Assembly: GCA_963727055.1 (NCBI GenBank)
Contig: CAVSEN010000003.1
Location: 210,112 to 274,111 of the forward strand
Source: an uncultured Chloroflexia bacterium
GTDB lineage: Bacteria; Chloroflexota; Limnocylindria; Limnocylindrales; CSP1-4
Reading direction: 5' to 3'
Length of the DNA stretch: 64,000 nt
In this document: positions 26,778 through 35,782 of the stretch, piece by piece
Layout of the letters: each line of letters opens with the position of its first letter
Position numbering within the stretch: position 1 is the first letter of the stretch
Position numbers and translations under genes: made by a program
Notes under the pieces: model-generated
What the model was told of the DNA's origin: nothing
What the model saw: only the letters and a program-made list of their open reading frames with translations
The model's database searches: none

Positions 26778-28875
26778 GCAGCGGCAGGCCCGACAGGAGG
26801 AGGCCCACGACGAGCAGCGCTCCGAACGTCATGTGCAGCCGGGCGGTCTGGATGTCGATCATCGCGATCGCCCGCTGCTGGCCGGTCGCACCGAGCTCGG
26901 CCGAGCGGATCACCTGGGCCAGGAACGGCAGCGACACGATCGCGATGAGCGTCTGGGGCGGGAGCCAGCCGACCGCCACGGTGAGCCCGAGGGCGATGTA
27001 GGCGCCGAGGACGAGCGCCACGTAGAAGTAGTGCGCCCGCTCGCGCCCGATCCGGGCCGACAGGGTCGAGATCCCGGCCCGGCTGTCTTCGCTGATGTCC
27101 CGCCACTCGTTGCCGTCCAGGATCGCCGTGACCAGCATGCCGACCGGGACCGAGGCCGCCAGGGCCGTCGCGCTCCAGGTCCCGGTGATCGCGAAATACG
27201 TGCCGACCACCATCAGCGGACCCATCAGCAGGAAGACGAGGGGCACGCCCAGGGCGCGGTACTTGTAGGCAAACGGGGGCGCCGTGTAGAAGTAGCCGCC
27301 CAGCACGCCGGCCAGCCCGAGGGCGACGATCGCCGGGCCGCGCAGTGCGATGAGGTAGAGCCCGATGGCGACGGCCAGGCCGAACGCGACGAACGCGGTG
27401 GCGAACGCCTGGCGCTCGGTCATCCGGGCCTTCAGGATCGCGTGGCTGGCCCGCGGCGAGGTGATCGTGTCGATGCCCTTCCGGACGTCGTAGATCTCGT
27501 TGACGATGTTCGTCCCCGAGTGGAGCAGGACCCCACCGACGAGGGCGGCCAGGAACGGCAGCCAGCTGAAGTCGTGGCCGACCGCCGCCAGGGCTCCACC
27601 GGTCAGGACCGGGATGACCGAGGCGGTGTAAGCGAAGGGCCGCAGGATCTCCCAGATCGCGCCGGCGCGCCGGACCAGGAGGTCGCCGAGGCCGAGCCGG
27701 TGATCGCCGGCCAGGCCGGCCGACGGCCCGGCGTCGCCGGTCACCGCTGCGACCTCGAGGCCAGCCCCCGGACTCGCCCCGACGCCGAGCGTGTCGGGTC
27801 GGCCCAGGCGGCGGGCGGCGCGGCTGCCGGCCGGTTCGGGCAGGCCGGCGTAGAGCGCCGCCGAGGCGATCAGCTCGTTGATCTGGCGGTCCTCCTGGAG
27901 GACCGGCTGGAGGAGCGGCAGGCCGAGCCCCGCGTCGGCGTGGAAGGCGAGCGCCTTGGCCGCGACGTCGTCGCGCGTGCCGCACAGCATGTAGGCGTCG
28001 AGCAGCTCGTCGGGGATCAGGGCCCCGGCGCCGTGGTAGTCCTCGGCTCGCCAGGCCGCCGCGATCCGGTCGCGCAGCTCGGGCTCGAAGCCGGCCCGCT
28101 TGAGGGAGACATCGCCCAGGACCGACATCATGTAGATCACGAACGGCTCGCGCTTCGCCCGGTTGAGCGCCTCGCGCCGGGTCGAGTCCACGAGCGACAG
28201 GAGGTAGCCACCGGTCTCGATCTCGCCCGGATCCCGGCCGGCCTCGACGGCCGCCGCCGTCAGCCGTTCGAGGATCCCGCGCAGCGAGGCGATCGATTCG
28301 GCCGGCCGGGCGAGGTAGCCGTCGGCCTTCTGGCCGGCCAGGGCCACGAACTCGCGCCGGTAGGCCGCGACATGGATCGGGATCCGGTGGGTCGGCGGGA
28401 ACATCGGCTGGATCGGGGGCAGGCCGGGGGTCGCCGATGGCAGGCGCTCGCCGCGCCACAGCAGGCGGAGCGTGTCGATCGCCTTCGAGACGTCCTCGAG
28501 TGCCGTGTCGGGGGTGTACGGGATGCCCATTTGCTTGAGCCGGAGGGGCAGGCCGGTGCCGATCGCCATGACGATCCGGCCGGGCAGGATCTCGTCGAGC
28601 GCCGAGCCGGTCATCGCCAGGACGACCGGGTGGCGGGTGTTCGGGTTGACGGCCCCGAGCGCGACCCGGAAGCCCCCTTCGCCCGTCTCGCCGTCGAGCT
28701 CGAGGGCCCGGGCGACGGACGTCACGAAGGTGATCGCATCGCGTTCGAAGTACGAGTCGTGGATCCAGAGCGAGTCGAGGCCGGCATCCCGGGCCTGGAG
28801 CGCCCAGCCGACCACGTCGCCGACATCGTCGCGGGCGGCAAGCCCGAGGCCGATCGGGCGGGCGAGGCTGGACAT
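26770..28875 (-). CDS. fusion protein: luciferase-like (LLM) flavin/F420-dependent oxidoreductase plus UbiA-superfamily (MenA-like) prenyltransferase
   Basis: ATG at 28875 is preceded by GGAGGA. The N-terminal roughly 345 aa show the LLM pattern (LDSLWIHDSYF...NPNTRHPVVLAM...). The C-terminal roughly 300 aa have 8-9 TM segments with NEIYDVRKGID and NEWRDISEDSRAGISTL prenyltransferase motifs. Confidence 0.7.
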   Translation of the reverse strand: MSSLARPIGLGLAARDDVGDVVGWALQARDAGLDSLWIHDSYFERDAITFVTSVARALELDGETGEGGFRVALGAVNPNTRHPVVLAMTGSALDEILPGRIVMAIGTGLPLRLKQMGIPYTPDTALEDVSKAIDTLRLLWRGERLPSATPGLPPIQPMFPPTHRIPIHVAAYRREFVALAGQKADGYLARPAESIASLRGILERLTAAAVEAGRDPGEIETGGYLLSLVDSTRREALNRAKREPFVIYMMSVLGDVSLKRAGFEPELRDRIAAAWRAEDYHGAGALIPDELLDAYMLCGTRDDVAAKALAFHADAGLGLPLLQPVLQEDRQINELIASAALYAGLPEPAGSRAARRLGRPDTLGVGASPGAGLEVAAVTGDAGPSAGLAGDHRLGLGDLLVRRAGAIWEILRPFAYTASVIPVLTGGALAAVGHDFSWLPFLAALVGGVLLHSGTNIVNEIYDVRKGIDTITSPRASHAILKARMTERQAFATAFVAFGLAVAIGLYLIALRGPAIVALGLAGVLGGYFYTAPPFAYKYRALGVPLVFLLMGPLMVVGTYFAITGTWSATALAASVPVGMLVTAILDGNEWRDISEDSRAGISTLSARIGRERAHYFYVALVLGAYIALGLTVAVGWLPPQTLIAIVSLPFLAQVIRSAELGATGQQRAIAMIDIQTARLHMTFGALLVVGLLLSGLPLHG

Positions 28876-29069
28876 GGTGGCTGCTTCCTCCGGAGCTGCT
28901 GCGGTCGGACCCAATCGTAGCGGGTCCGGCCCTCATTGGCTACTTCGCACTAGCGAGTATTTCGGATTTTGCCACGGGGGACCGTGTGCGGTTGCGTGGG
29001 GCCGTGGCCGCCCGGCGGGCCGCCCGGGCTCGTCGCGCTGGCAGTCTGCAGCACCTGGAAGCTCCCAAT

Positions 29070-29264
29070 GCTCGCTGCATGAGCATTCCGAGGGCTGCGA
29101 GGCCGTTACGGTTGGGCGGCCAGATGCGAGGGGGATGCGGGCAGGCGCTCGTCCGCTCGTGCCGCGCTTGGGCAAGGCGAGAAATCAGACCAAGGACCGA
29201 GGCCGAGACGCCGCCGACAGCGCGTTACGGCCGGTCCTGCCCTTGGAATGCTCATGCAGCGAGC
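29070..29264. repeat. 195-bp inverted-repeat-bounded element (family type copy)
   Basis: GCTCGCTGCATGAGCATTCCGAGGGC (29070..29095) faces GCCCTTGGAATGCTCATGCAGCGAGC (29239..29264). That is 26 bp with one G-T position. Confidence 0.75.
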
Positions 29265-29348
29265 GCGAGGACGGGGCAGCGACCGCCGGGGGCGAGGGCA
29301 GAGCCCTGAACGCCGCCGGTCGAGGGCCCAAGGCAAGCCGATTCCTTG

Positions 29349-29530
29349 TCCATGGTCGCTGCGAGCGTAAGCAGCCCAGTCAGGGCGAGGGTCCGGGGCC
29401 CGATCACGCGCGCGGCTGCCGACGGCGCCTTCGTCCACGCTCAGGAGCAGCCCAGTAGCTGGTGATCGAACCAGCCAGATGCGAGTCTCGGGGCGCTGCA
29501 GCCCTACCTTGTGTTCACAGCGACCATGGA
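29349..29530. repeat. 182-bp inverted-repeat-bounded element (second arm type)
   Basis: TCCATGGTCGCTGCG (29349..29363) faces CACAGCGACCATGGA (29516..29530), matching at 14 of 15 positions. The left arm plus its flank matches 18163..18185 at 21 of 23 positions in reverse complement. Confidence 0.65.
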
Positions 29531-29648
29531 CGCGGAATGCCCGGGATCAGGCTCAGCTCGCGCTCGGGCGCGCCCTTCGCGCTGGCGGGCCGAGTCGAGA
29601 CAGGACGACCGCGGGACGAGCAGCAGCGGGCCGTATCCTGCGAAGCGC

Positions 29649-30191
29649 ATGACGATCGATCCGATTCGCATCGACTGGACGAGCCCGGGCTTCCGCGACC
29701 TCCTGGCGGCGCTGGGCATCTCGATCGTCGACGGCGCTCGGCGGGCGGCCATCGAGCGGAGTCCGGGGCGACGAGTCGAGGCCGAGGTCGCGGCCGTGGG
29801 CTGGGCGACCGTCGACCTCGATCGGGCGGAGGCGGAGCTCGGCGCGGCATTCGCCACCACGTTCGAGGCGGCGCCACGCGATGCGCTCCTCGGTGCGACC
29901 GTCCGCCGATCGGCGCGCACGGAGCCCACGGTTCTCCTGCTCGAGCCCGATACGGAAGGCCGCCTGTCCGGAGCCCTGGCCCGATACGGCGAGGGCCCGG
30001 TCGCGCTCTACCTGCGGCTCGCAGCCGGAGCAACGATCCCGGCGCCGCCCGCCGGCTTCGTGACCCGCGCCGGAAGCGGCCCGCTCGGCCCCGCGCGGGT
30101 CGTCCTGAGCGGCTCGCCCTGGGGCCCGTTCCTGCTCTTCGTCGAGAGCGCGCCGCCGGACGAGCCCGACCGGGTACCATCGGAGCCATGA
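29649..30191 (+). CDS. glyoxalase-like/VOC-fold family protein (tentative)
   Basis: ATG at 29649 (MTIDPIRIDW...). VGWATVDLDRAEAEL...LLLEPDTEGRLSGALARYGEGPVALYL pattern. ATGA overlap with the next gene. Confidence 0.45.
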   Translation: MTIDPIRIDWTSPGFRDLLAALGISIVDGARRAAIERSPGRRVEAEVAAVGWATVDLDRAEAELGAAFATTFEAAPRDALLGATVRRSARTEPTVLLLEPDTEGRLSGALARYGEGPVALYLRLAAGATIPAPPAGFVTRAGSGPLGPARVVLSGSPWGPFLLFVESAPPDEPDRVPSEP

Positions 30192-30625
30192 TCGAGACCG
30201 ACGTCGCCCTCCGACCGGCGACTCCTGCCGACGCCCCGCGAATCGCCGAGCTGTTCACCGAGGAGGGCTATCCCGCCGGCGCCTCGGCGATCGAGTCGCG
30301 GCTGACTCACTTCGAGGGGCCCGACTCCACGGTCGTCGTGGCCGACCACGACGGGGAGATCCTGGGCTTCATCGCCCTCCACGTGATCGCCCGCTTCGAG
30401 CACGATGATTCGTTCGTGCGGATCGTCGCCCTGGTCGTCGACCCCGGCGTCCGCGATCGCGGGATCGGCCGGCTGCTGATGGCCGAGGCCGAGCGGATCG
30501 GCCGCGAGCGTTCGGCGGCCTTCGTCGAGCTGACCGCGGGCCATCATCGGCCCGCCGCCCGTCACCTGTACGACAGCCTGGCCTACGACCCGAACCTGAC
30601 GGCCTACCTGAGGAAGCGGCTCTAG
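30188..30625 (+). CDS. GNAT family N-acetyltransferase
   Basis: Acetyl-CoA binding motif VVDPGVRDRGIGRLLM. Length 145 aa. Confidence 0.8.
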   Translation: MIETDVALRPATPADAPRIAELFTEEGYPAGASAIESRLTHFEGPDSTVVVADHDGEILGFIALHVIARFEHDDSFVRIVALVVDPGVRDRGIGRLLMAEAERIGRERSAAFVELTAGHHRPAARHLYDSLAYDPNLTAYLRKRL

Positions 30626-30689
30626 GCCGGCCGCCCAGCCGGCCGCCAAGCCTCCGAGCCGATCTCGACCGACGGACGCCCAGCCGACG

Positions 30690-31958
30690 CTCGATCCCGC
30701 CGCGTTTCCCCACCTGCGCCTGCGCAGCGCGTCGCCGACCCTCATCGGCCTGCCCTGGGAGCTGCCCCTTGGCTCGTGGACGGCCGGCCGGGCCGACCTG
30801 CGTGAGCTGCCGATCGGGCCGTCCCGCCACCTCGTCCGGTTCGTCCAGGATGAGGGCCGCCTGATCGCCCTCAAGGAGGAGCCGGTCGAGATCGCCCGGC
30901 GGGAGTACGACGTCCTGCGCCGGCTCGAGACCCTCGAGCTGCCCGCGGTCCTGCCCCTCGGGCTGGCCGAGCTGCCCGACGGCGGCAACGCGATCCTGGT
31001 GACCGAGTTCCTGGCCCATTCGCTCCAGTACCGGCGGCTGCTGATGCGCCTGCCGCCCGGCCCGTCCGGCGGCCGCGGCCGGCTCCTCGACGCCATGGCC
31101 TCCCTCCTCGTCGACCTCCACCGGGCCGGCATCTACTGGGGCGACTGCTCGCTGGCGAACACCCTGTTCCGGCGTGACGGCGACCTGATCCAGGCCTACC
31201 TGGTCGATGCCGAGACGAGCGAGTGCCACGAAGCGCTGTCGGACGGCCAGCGCGAGTACGACCTCGACGTCCTGGTCGAGAACGTCGCCTTCGGCCTGGC
31301 CGACCTGGCCGCCTTCGCCCGCCGCGATGCACCGACCGGCGACGACTACGAGGATGCGATCCGCGAGGCCGAGAGCGTCCAGTCCCGCTACCGCAGCCTG
31401 TGGGACGAGCTCCACGCCGAGGAGGAGCTGGCGCCCGGTGACCGCCACGCGGTCGCGGCCCGGATCCGGCGGCTCAACGACCTGGGCTTCGCGATCGACG
31501 AGATCGAGCTGGAGCCCGGCCGGAGTGGGCGGTTGCGCTTCCGGGTCGCGGTCACGACGCGCCGCTTCCATGCCCGCGAGCTCGAGCGGCGGACGGGCCT
31601 CGTGGCGCTCGAGGGCCAGGCCCGGATCCTGATGAACGACCTGCGCCAGTACCGGAGCTGGCTCGAGTGGTACGAGGTCCGGCCGATCGACCGGGCCGAG
31701 GGCAGCCGGCGCTGGCTGACCGAGGTCTTCCGGCCGACCACCGCCCGCCTGGCGGCGGTCGTCGGGCCGGACCGGGACATCATCCAGTCCTACTGCGACG
31801 TGCTCGAGCACAAGTGGCTGCTGTCCGAACGGGCCGGCCGGGACGTCGGCCTCGAGGCCGCCATCCACTCGTACCTCGAGAGCGGCGCTCCGGCGCCCGA
31901 GATCGGGCCCGACCTGGCGGCCGAGAAGGCGGCCGAACGACCGAGCGACCTCCTTTGA
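30690..31958 (+). CDS. DUF4032 domain protein (kinase-like N-terminus); start codon unresolved
   Basis: The track ORF starts at GTG 30999. Family-like text (LIGLPWELPLGSW...SRHLVRFV...ALKEE...AREYDVLRRL) continues upstream in frame back to the stop at 30609. That stretch contains no ATG, GTG or TTG. Confidence 0.6.
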   Translation, partial: LDPAAFPHLRLRSASPTLIGLPWELPLGSWTAGRADLRELPIGPSRHLVRFVQDEGRLIALKEEPVEIARREYDVLRRLETLELPAVLPLGLAELPDGGNAILVTEFLAHSLQYRRLLMRLPPGPSGGRGRLLDAMASLLVDLHRAGIYWGDCSLANTLFRRDGDLIQAYLVDAETSECHEALSDGQREYDLDVLVENVAFGLADLAAFARRDAPTGDDYEDAIREAESVQSRYRSLWDELHAEEELAPGDRHAVAARIRRLNDLGFAIDEIELEPGRSGRLRFRVAVTTRRFHARELERRTGLVALEGQARILMNDLRQYRSWLEWYEVRPIDRAEGSRRWLTEVFRPTTARLAAVVGPDRDIIQSYCDVLEHKWLLSERAGRDVGLEAAIHSYLESGAPAPEIGPDLAAEKAAERPSDLL

Positions 31959-31989
31959 GCCATCCGCGACGCCATGCGAAAATGCGCCG

Positions 31990-32955
31990 ATGACGACGAC
32001 CGCCACGCATGCCTCCCCATCGCCCAGGCCGGCCGGCGCCGGGCCGGCGGTCAAGGTGGCCGATCTCCACAAGCACTACGGGCCCGTTCTCGCCGTCGAC
32101 GGCATCTCGTTCGAGGTCGCCCCGGGCGAGGTCTTCGGCCTGCTGGGACCGAACGGCGCCGGCAAGACGACGACCGTCGAGATGCTCGAGGGCCTGCGGG
32201 CACCCGACTCGGGCCACCTCGAGGTCCTGGGCATCGACGTCGCCCGTAACCCGGACGATCTCAAGCAACGGGTCGGGGTCACCCTCCAGACGGCCGAGCT
32301 CTACCCGAAGCTGACGATCGTCGAGGTCCTCGACCTCTTTCGAAGCTTCTACAAGCGGTCCCTGCCGACCCAGCAGCTGATCGACTTCCTCGACCTGGGC
32401 GAGCGGCGCAATGCCCAGACCCGGCAGCTCTCGGGCGGCCAGCGGCAGCGCCTCGCCGTGGCCCTGGCCCTGGTCAACGACCCCGAGGTGATCTTCCTCG
32501 ATGAGCCCACGACCGGCCTCGACCCGGCCGCCCGGCGGGCCCTGTGGGACCTGGTCCAGAAGCTCCAGGGCGAGGGCAAGACGATCCTGCTCACGACCCA
32601 CTACATGGAAGAGGCCGAGGTCCTGTGCGATCGGCTGGCGATCATGGACCACGGCCACATCCTGGCGATGGGCACGGTCAACGAGCTCGTCAACCAGCGC
32701 TTCAAGGACCGTTCGGTCCGCTTCGACCGGATCGCGTCGGTGACCGACGATCAGCTCAGGGCGCTGCCCGGCGTCGAGTCGGTCAAGGACGACGACGGCC
32801 AGGCCGTCCTGTACACCCTCGACGTGCCGGCCACGATCGGCGGCGTCCTCGCCCTGACCGAGGCGATCGGCGTGGAGCCGCGCAACCTGGGCATCCGCCG
32901 GCCGACCCTCGAAGACCTGTTCCTCGACCTGACCGGTCGAGCGCTGCGCGACTGA
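31990..32955 (+). CDS. ABC transporter ATP-binding protein (DrrA-like)
   Basis: Walker A GPNGAGKTT, signature LSGGQRQR, Walker B IFLDEPT. Confidence 0.9.
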   Translation: MTTTATHASPSPRPAGAGPAVKVADLHKHYGPVLAVDGISFEVAPGEVFGLLGPNGAGKTTTVEMLEGLRAPDSGHLEVLGIDVARNPDDLKQRVGVTLQTAELYPKLTIVEVLDLFRSFYKRSLPTQQLIDFLDLGERRNAQTRQLSGGQRQRLAVALALVNDPEVIFLDEPTTGLDPAARRALWDLVQKLQGEGKTILLTTHYMEEAEVLCDRLAIMDHGHILAMGTVNELVNQRFKDRSVRFDRIASVTDDQLRALPGVESVKDDDGQAVLYTLDVPATIGGVLALTEAIGVEPRNLGIRRPTLEDLFLDLTGRALRD

Positions 32956-32965
32956 GAGGGTTCGA

Positions 32966-34069
32966 ATGCAGGCCTTGATCCAGCTCAGCATCGCCAACAT
33001 CCGGAGCTTCGTGCGCGACCGCGCGGCGCTGTTCTGGACGTTCGCCTTCCCGCTGATCTTCGTCGTCCTGTTCGGCCTGATCTTCCAGGGCGGCAGCACC
33101 ACGATCAAGCTCGGCTGGGTCGACCTCGACGGGTCGAGCGGGCCGACCGGCTCGACGACCCTGCGCGGGGCGTTCGCCTCGGTCAAGGGTGTCGTCCTGA
33201 CCGATTCGGACGAGGCGACGGCCAAGGACCAGATGAGGTCCGGCAAGCTCGACGCGATCGTCGAGGTGCCCAAGGGCTACGGCGCCGCGGTGGCCGCCGC
33301 GGCCGGCGGCGGCGCGTCGGGGACGCCCGCCCAGATCACCGTGTTCACCGACCCGACCCAGGCGGCGACCGGCGGCATCGTCCAGCAGGTCGTCGGCGGT
33401 GTGCTCGGGGCGGTCAACCTCGGCGGCCGGCCGCCGATCGTGGCGGCCCAGCTGGCCACGATCCAGACCCAGAACCTGAACATCATCAGCTACCTCGTGC
33501 CCAGCATCCTGGGCATGGCCCTGATGCAGCTCGGTGTCTTCGCCGCGATCCCACTCGTGGCCGACCGCGAGAAGAAGATCCTCAAGCGGCTGAACGCGAC
33601 GCCGCTCCACCGCTGGCAGCTGGTCGGCAGCAACGTCGTGATGCGCCTGATCATCGGGATCATCCAGGCCCTGATCATCGTCGCCGTCGGCACGGTCCTG
33701 TTCGGCCTGCAGGTGACCGGCAGCCTGATCCTGCTGGCGACCCTCGTTGTCCTGGGGGCCCTGGCGTTCATCTCGCTGGGCTACGTGATCGCCTCGTTTG
33801 CCCCGACCGAGGACGCGGCCAACAGCATGACCAGCGTCGTCCAGTTCCCGCTGATGTTCCTGTCGGGCACGTTCTTCGTGATCGACCAGATGCCCCAGCC
33901 ACTCCAGGTCGTTGCCCGCTTCCTGCCCTTGACCTACCTCTCCGACGCGCTCCGCCAGGTCATGGTCAACGGCACGGCCTTCTCACCGCTGTGGTTCTGC
34001 TTCGCGGTCCTCATCGGCTGGACGGCGGTCTGCTTCGGGATCTCGTCGCGCTTCTTCCGCTGGCAGTGA
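32966..34069 (+). CDS. ABC-2 type transporter permease
   Basis: N-terminal TM segment, a large extracytoplasmic loop, then 5 TM segments. Immediately follows the ATPase gene. Confidence 0.8.
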   Translation: MQALIQLSIANIRSFVRDRAALFWTFAFPLIFVVLFGLIFQGGSTTIKLGWVDLDGSSGPTGSTTLRGAFASVKGVVLTDSDEATAKDQMRSGKLDAIVEVPKGYGAAVAAAAGGGASGTPAQITVFTDPTQAATGGIVQQVVGGVLGAVNLGGRPPIVAAQLATIQTQNLNIISYLVPSILGMALMQLGVFAAIPLVADREKKILKRLNATPLHRWQLVGSNVVMRLIIGIIQALIIVAVGTVLFGLQVTGSLILLATLVVLGALAFISLGYVIASFAPTEDAANSMTSVVQFPLMFLSGTFFVIDQMPQPLQVVARFLPLTYLSDALRQVMVNGTAFSPLWFCFAVLIGWTAVCFGISSRFFRWQ

Positions 34070-34108
34070 CCGGAGCCTGACCCGGGTCCCCGGCCCGGCC
34101 CTGGCCGC

Positions 34109-34633
34109 CTACCAGCGCTCCTCGTGGATGAGCTGGTCGAGCGGCGTCCGGCCACCGGCTCGCGCGGGCGCGCTCAAGTCAGCCGGATCCGCGGGATAGC
34201 CGAACGAGAGCAGGAACTCGCAGTCCTGGCCGGCCGGATAGCCGAGCAGCCCCCGGGCCCGATCATGGTCGTAGACCGTCGCCGGGACGCTGCCGATCCC
34301 GAGCTCCCAGGCGACGAGCATCATGTTCGCCGCCGCTTGGCCGAGGTCGAACAGGATCGACGCCGGAGCGCCGGGCGCCCGCGGGTCGGGTGTGACCAGA
34401 GCGATCGCGACGGCGGCGCCGGCGACGTGACCCGCCCATGGTCCGAGCGTGGCGAGCTCGGCCAGGTGGCCTCGATCGCGGCAGACGATGAACGCCCAGC
34501 GCTGGAGATTCTTGGAGCTGCCGCTCCGCCGGCCGGCGGCCAGGATGCGCTCGAGGTGCTCAGGCTCCAGCGGGCGCTCGGCGAAGCGGCGGATCGCCCG
34601 TTTCGCCCGGACCGCGTCCCAGGCCGAGATCAT
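34109..34633 (-). CDS. nitroreductase family protein
   Basis: ATG at 34633 (MISAWDAVRAKRAIRRF...). RSGSSKNLQRW and the overall pattern fit the nitroreductase fold. ATGA overlap with the upstream gene. Confidence 0.7.
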   Translation of the reverse strand: MISAWDAVRAKRAIRRFAERPLEPEHLERILAAGRRSGSSKNLQRWAFIVCRDRGHLAELATLGPWAGHVAGAAVAIALVTPDPRAPGAPASILFDLGQAAANMMLVAWELGIGSVPATVYDHDRARGLLGYPAGQDCEFLLSFGYPADPADLSAPARAGGRTPLDQLIHEERW

Positions 34634-35731
34634 CGCTCGCTCCTTCCAGCGGCCGGCGAGCCGCCGGCCAGGAATGCGGCGGCGACGCCGGCCGTGCGGT
34701 CGCCGACGAGCGAGCCCTCGGGCTCGGGCAGCCGGCTGACCCGCTGGGCGCCGGCCGCGTGGGCCGCCGCCTCGGGGCTGAGCGGACCGCCCAGCGACCG
34801 GGCCAGGAAGGCGCTCACCCGGCGTCGATAGGCGACGTTCTCGTATAGCCAGGTATGGCCGCCGCCGGGAACGATCAACAGCTCGACGCTGCCCGAATCT
34901 CCGCCCCGGGCGGCAACCGCCGCCGCCCGGAGCCGCTCGGCGTGGCGGGCGCGGGATGACCTGGTCGACCTCGCCGTGGACCAGCAGGATCGGGCCGCGA
35001 TAGCGGCCGATCGCCGCCCGGGCGCTGATGTCGCTGGGCCGGTGACCGCGCTGGCGCAGGAACTCGCGGGTGGTGAGCCAGCTCAGCGGCCCCGCGATCG
35101 GGGCAGGGAAGCGCAGCCCGGCGAGGCGGAACGTCTCGCGTACGAGCCGGCGCGGATCCGACGGCGCGGATGAGCTGACGAGGGCGGCCACGCGCGGGTC
35201 GGCCGCGGCGGCCAGGATCGCCCCGACCCCGCCCAGCGAGTGGCCGAGGATCGCACCGGTCGAAACCTCGGGCCGGGCGATCAGGGTGGCGAAGCCGGCC
35301 AGGGCGTCCGAGCCGAACTCGCCGGTGCTGACCGGCAGGGTCTCGGCCGGGTTCGCCCCGTTGCCGCGCACGTCGAAGGTCAGGCAGTGGAAGCCGGCCG
35401 CGTGCAGGAACTCGACATGGGCGAGCATCCGGTCGCGGGCCGAATCCCAGCCATGGACGAGGAGGACGCCGGGGCCGACGGCCCCGCCCCGGGCGGGCAC
35501 GAACCAGGCCGGCAGATCGCCGCCCGGTGAGCGGACGATGGTCTCCTCGTACTCGAGCCCGAAGTCGGCCGGCGTGAAGACCGGCGGCCGCCGGTAGGGG
35601 AAGCCTGCCCGGGCGCGATAGACCTGGCTGAAGCGGTAGGCGAGGGCGACGGGCAAGGCAGCAAGGGTCGCCACGGCGCCCGCCCGGCGGAGCTTGGACA
35701 CGCGGCAATGGGACGCCCGGCTGTCGTTCCT
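34630..35731 (-). pseudogene. alpha/beta hydrolase, reading frame broken near 34950
   Basis: GTG at 35731. Nucleophile elbow GHSLGG. The text is good to LLVHGEVDQVIP, then continues one frame over as ARHAERLRAAAVAARGGDSGSVELLIVPGGGHTW (ORF 34630..34878). Confidence 0.8.
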
Positions 35732-35782
35732 GTCAAGCGCGCCGCGCCCAGCCGGCGAACTGGGCGTGAGGGCTAGACTCGG

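Noticed and set aside
26443-28936. 825-aa plus-strand ORF and 768-aa minus-strand ORF overlapping the LLM-UbiA fusion gene.
   Set aside because: They are alternative frames of the same DNA. Only the 26770..28875 frame gives LLM and prenyltransferase motifs and TM helices.
28986-29438. Track ORFs inside the 773-bp spacer (28986..29309, 29106..29438, 28933..29175). Similar ORFs lie in the folE-MarR spacer (48939..50138, 49148..49570, 48702..49247).
   Set aside because: The peptides are Arg-rich. Their only shared segments (CMSIPRAA and MSIPWPRR) come from the repeat arm TGCATGAGCATTCC. There is no ribosome-binding site or coding periodicity that I could see.
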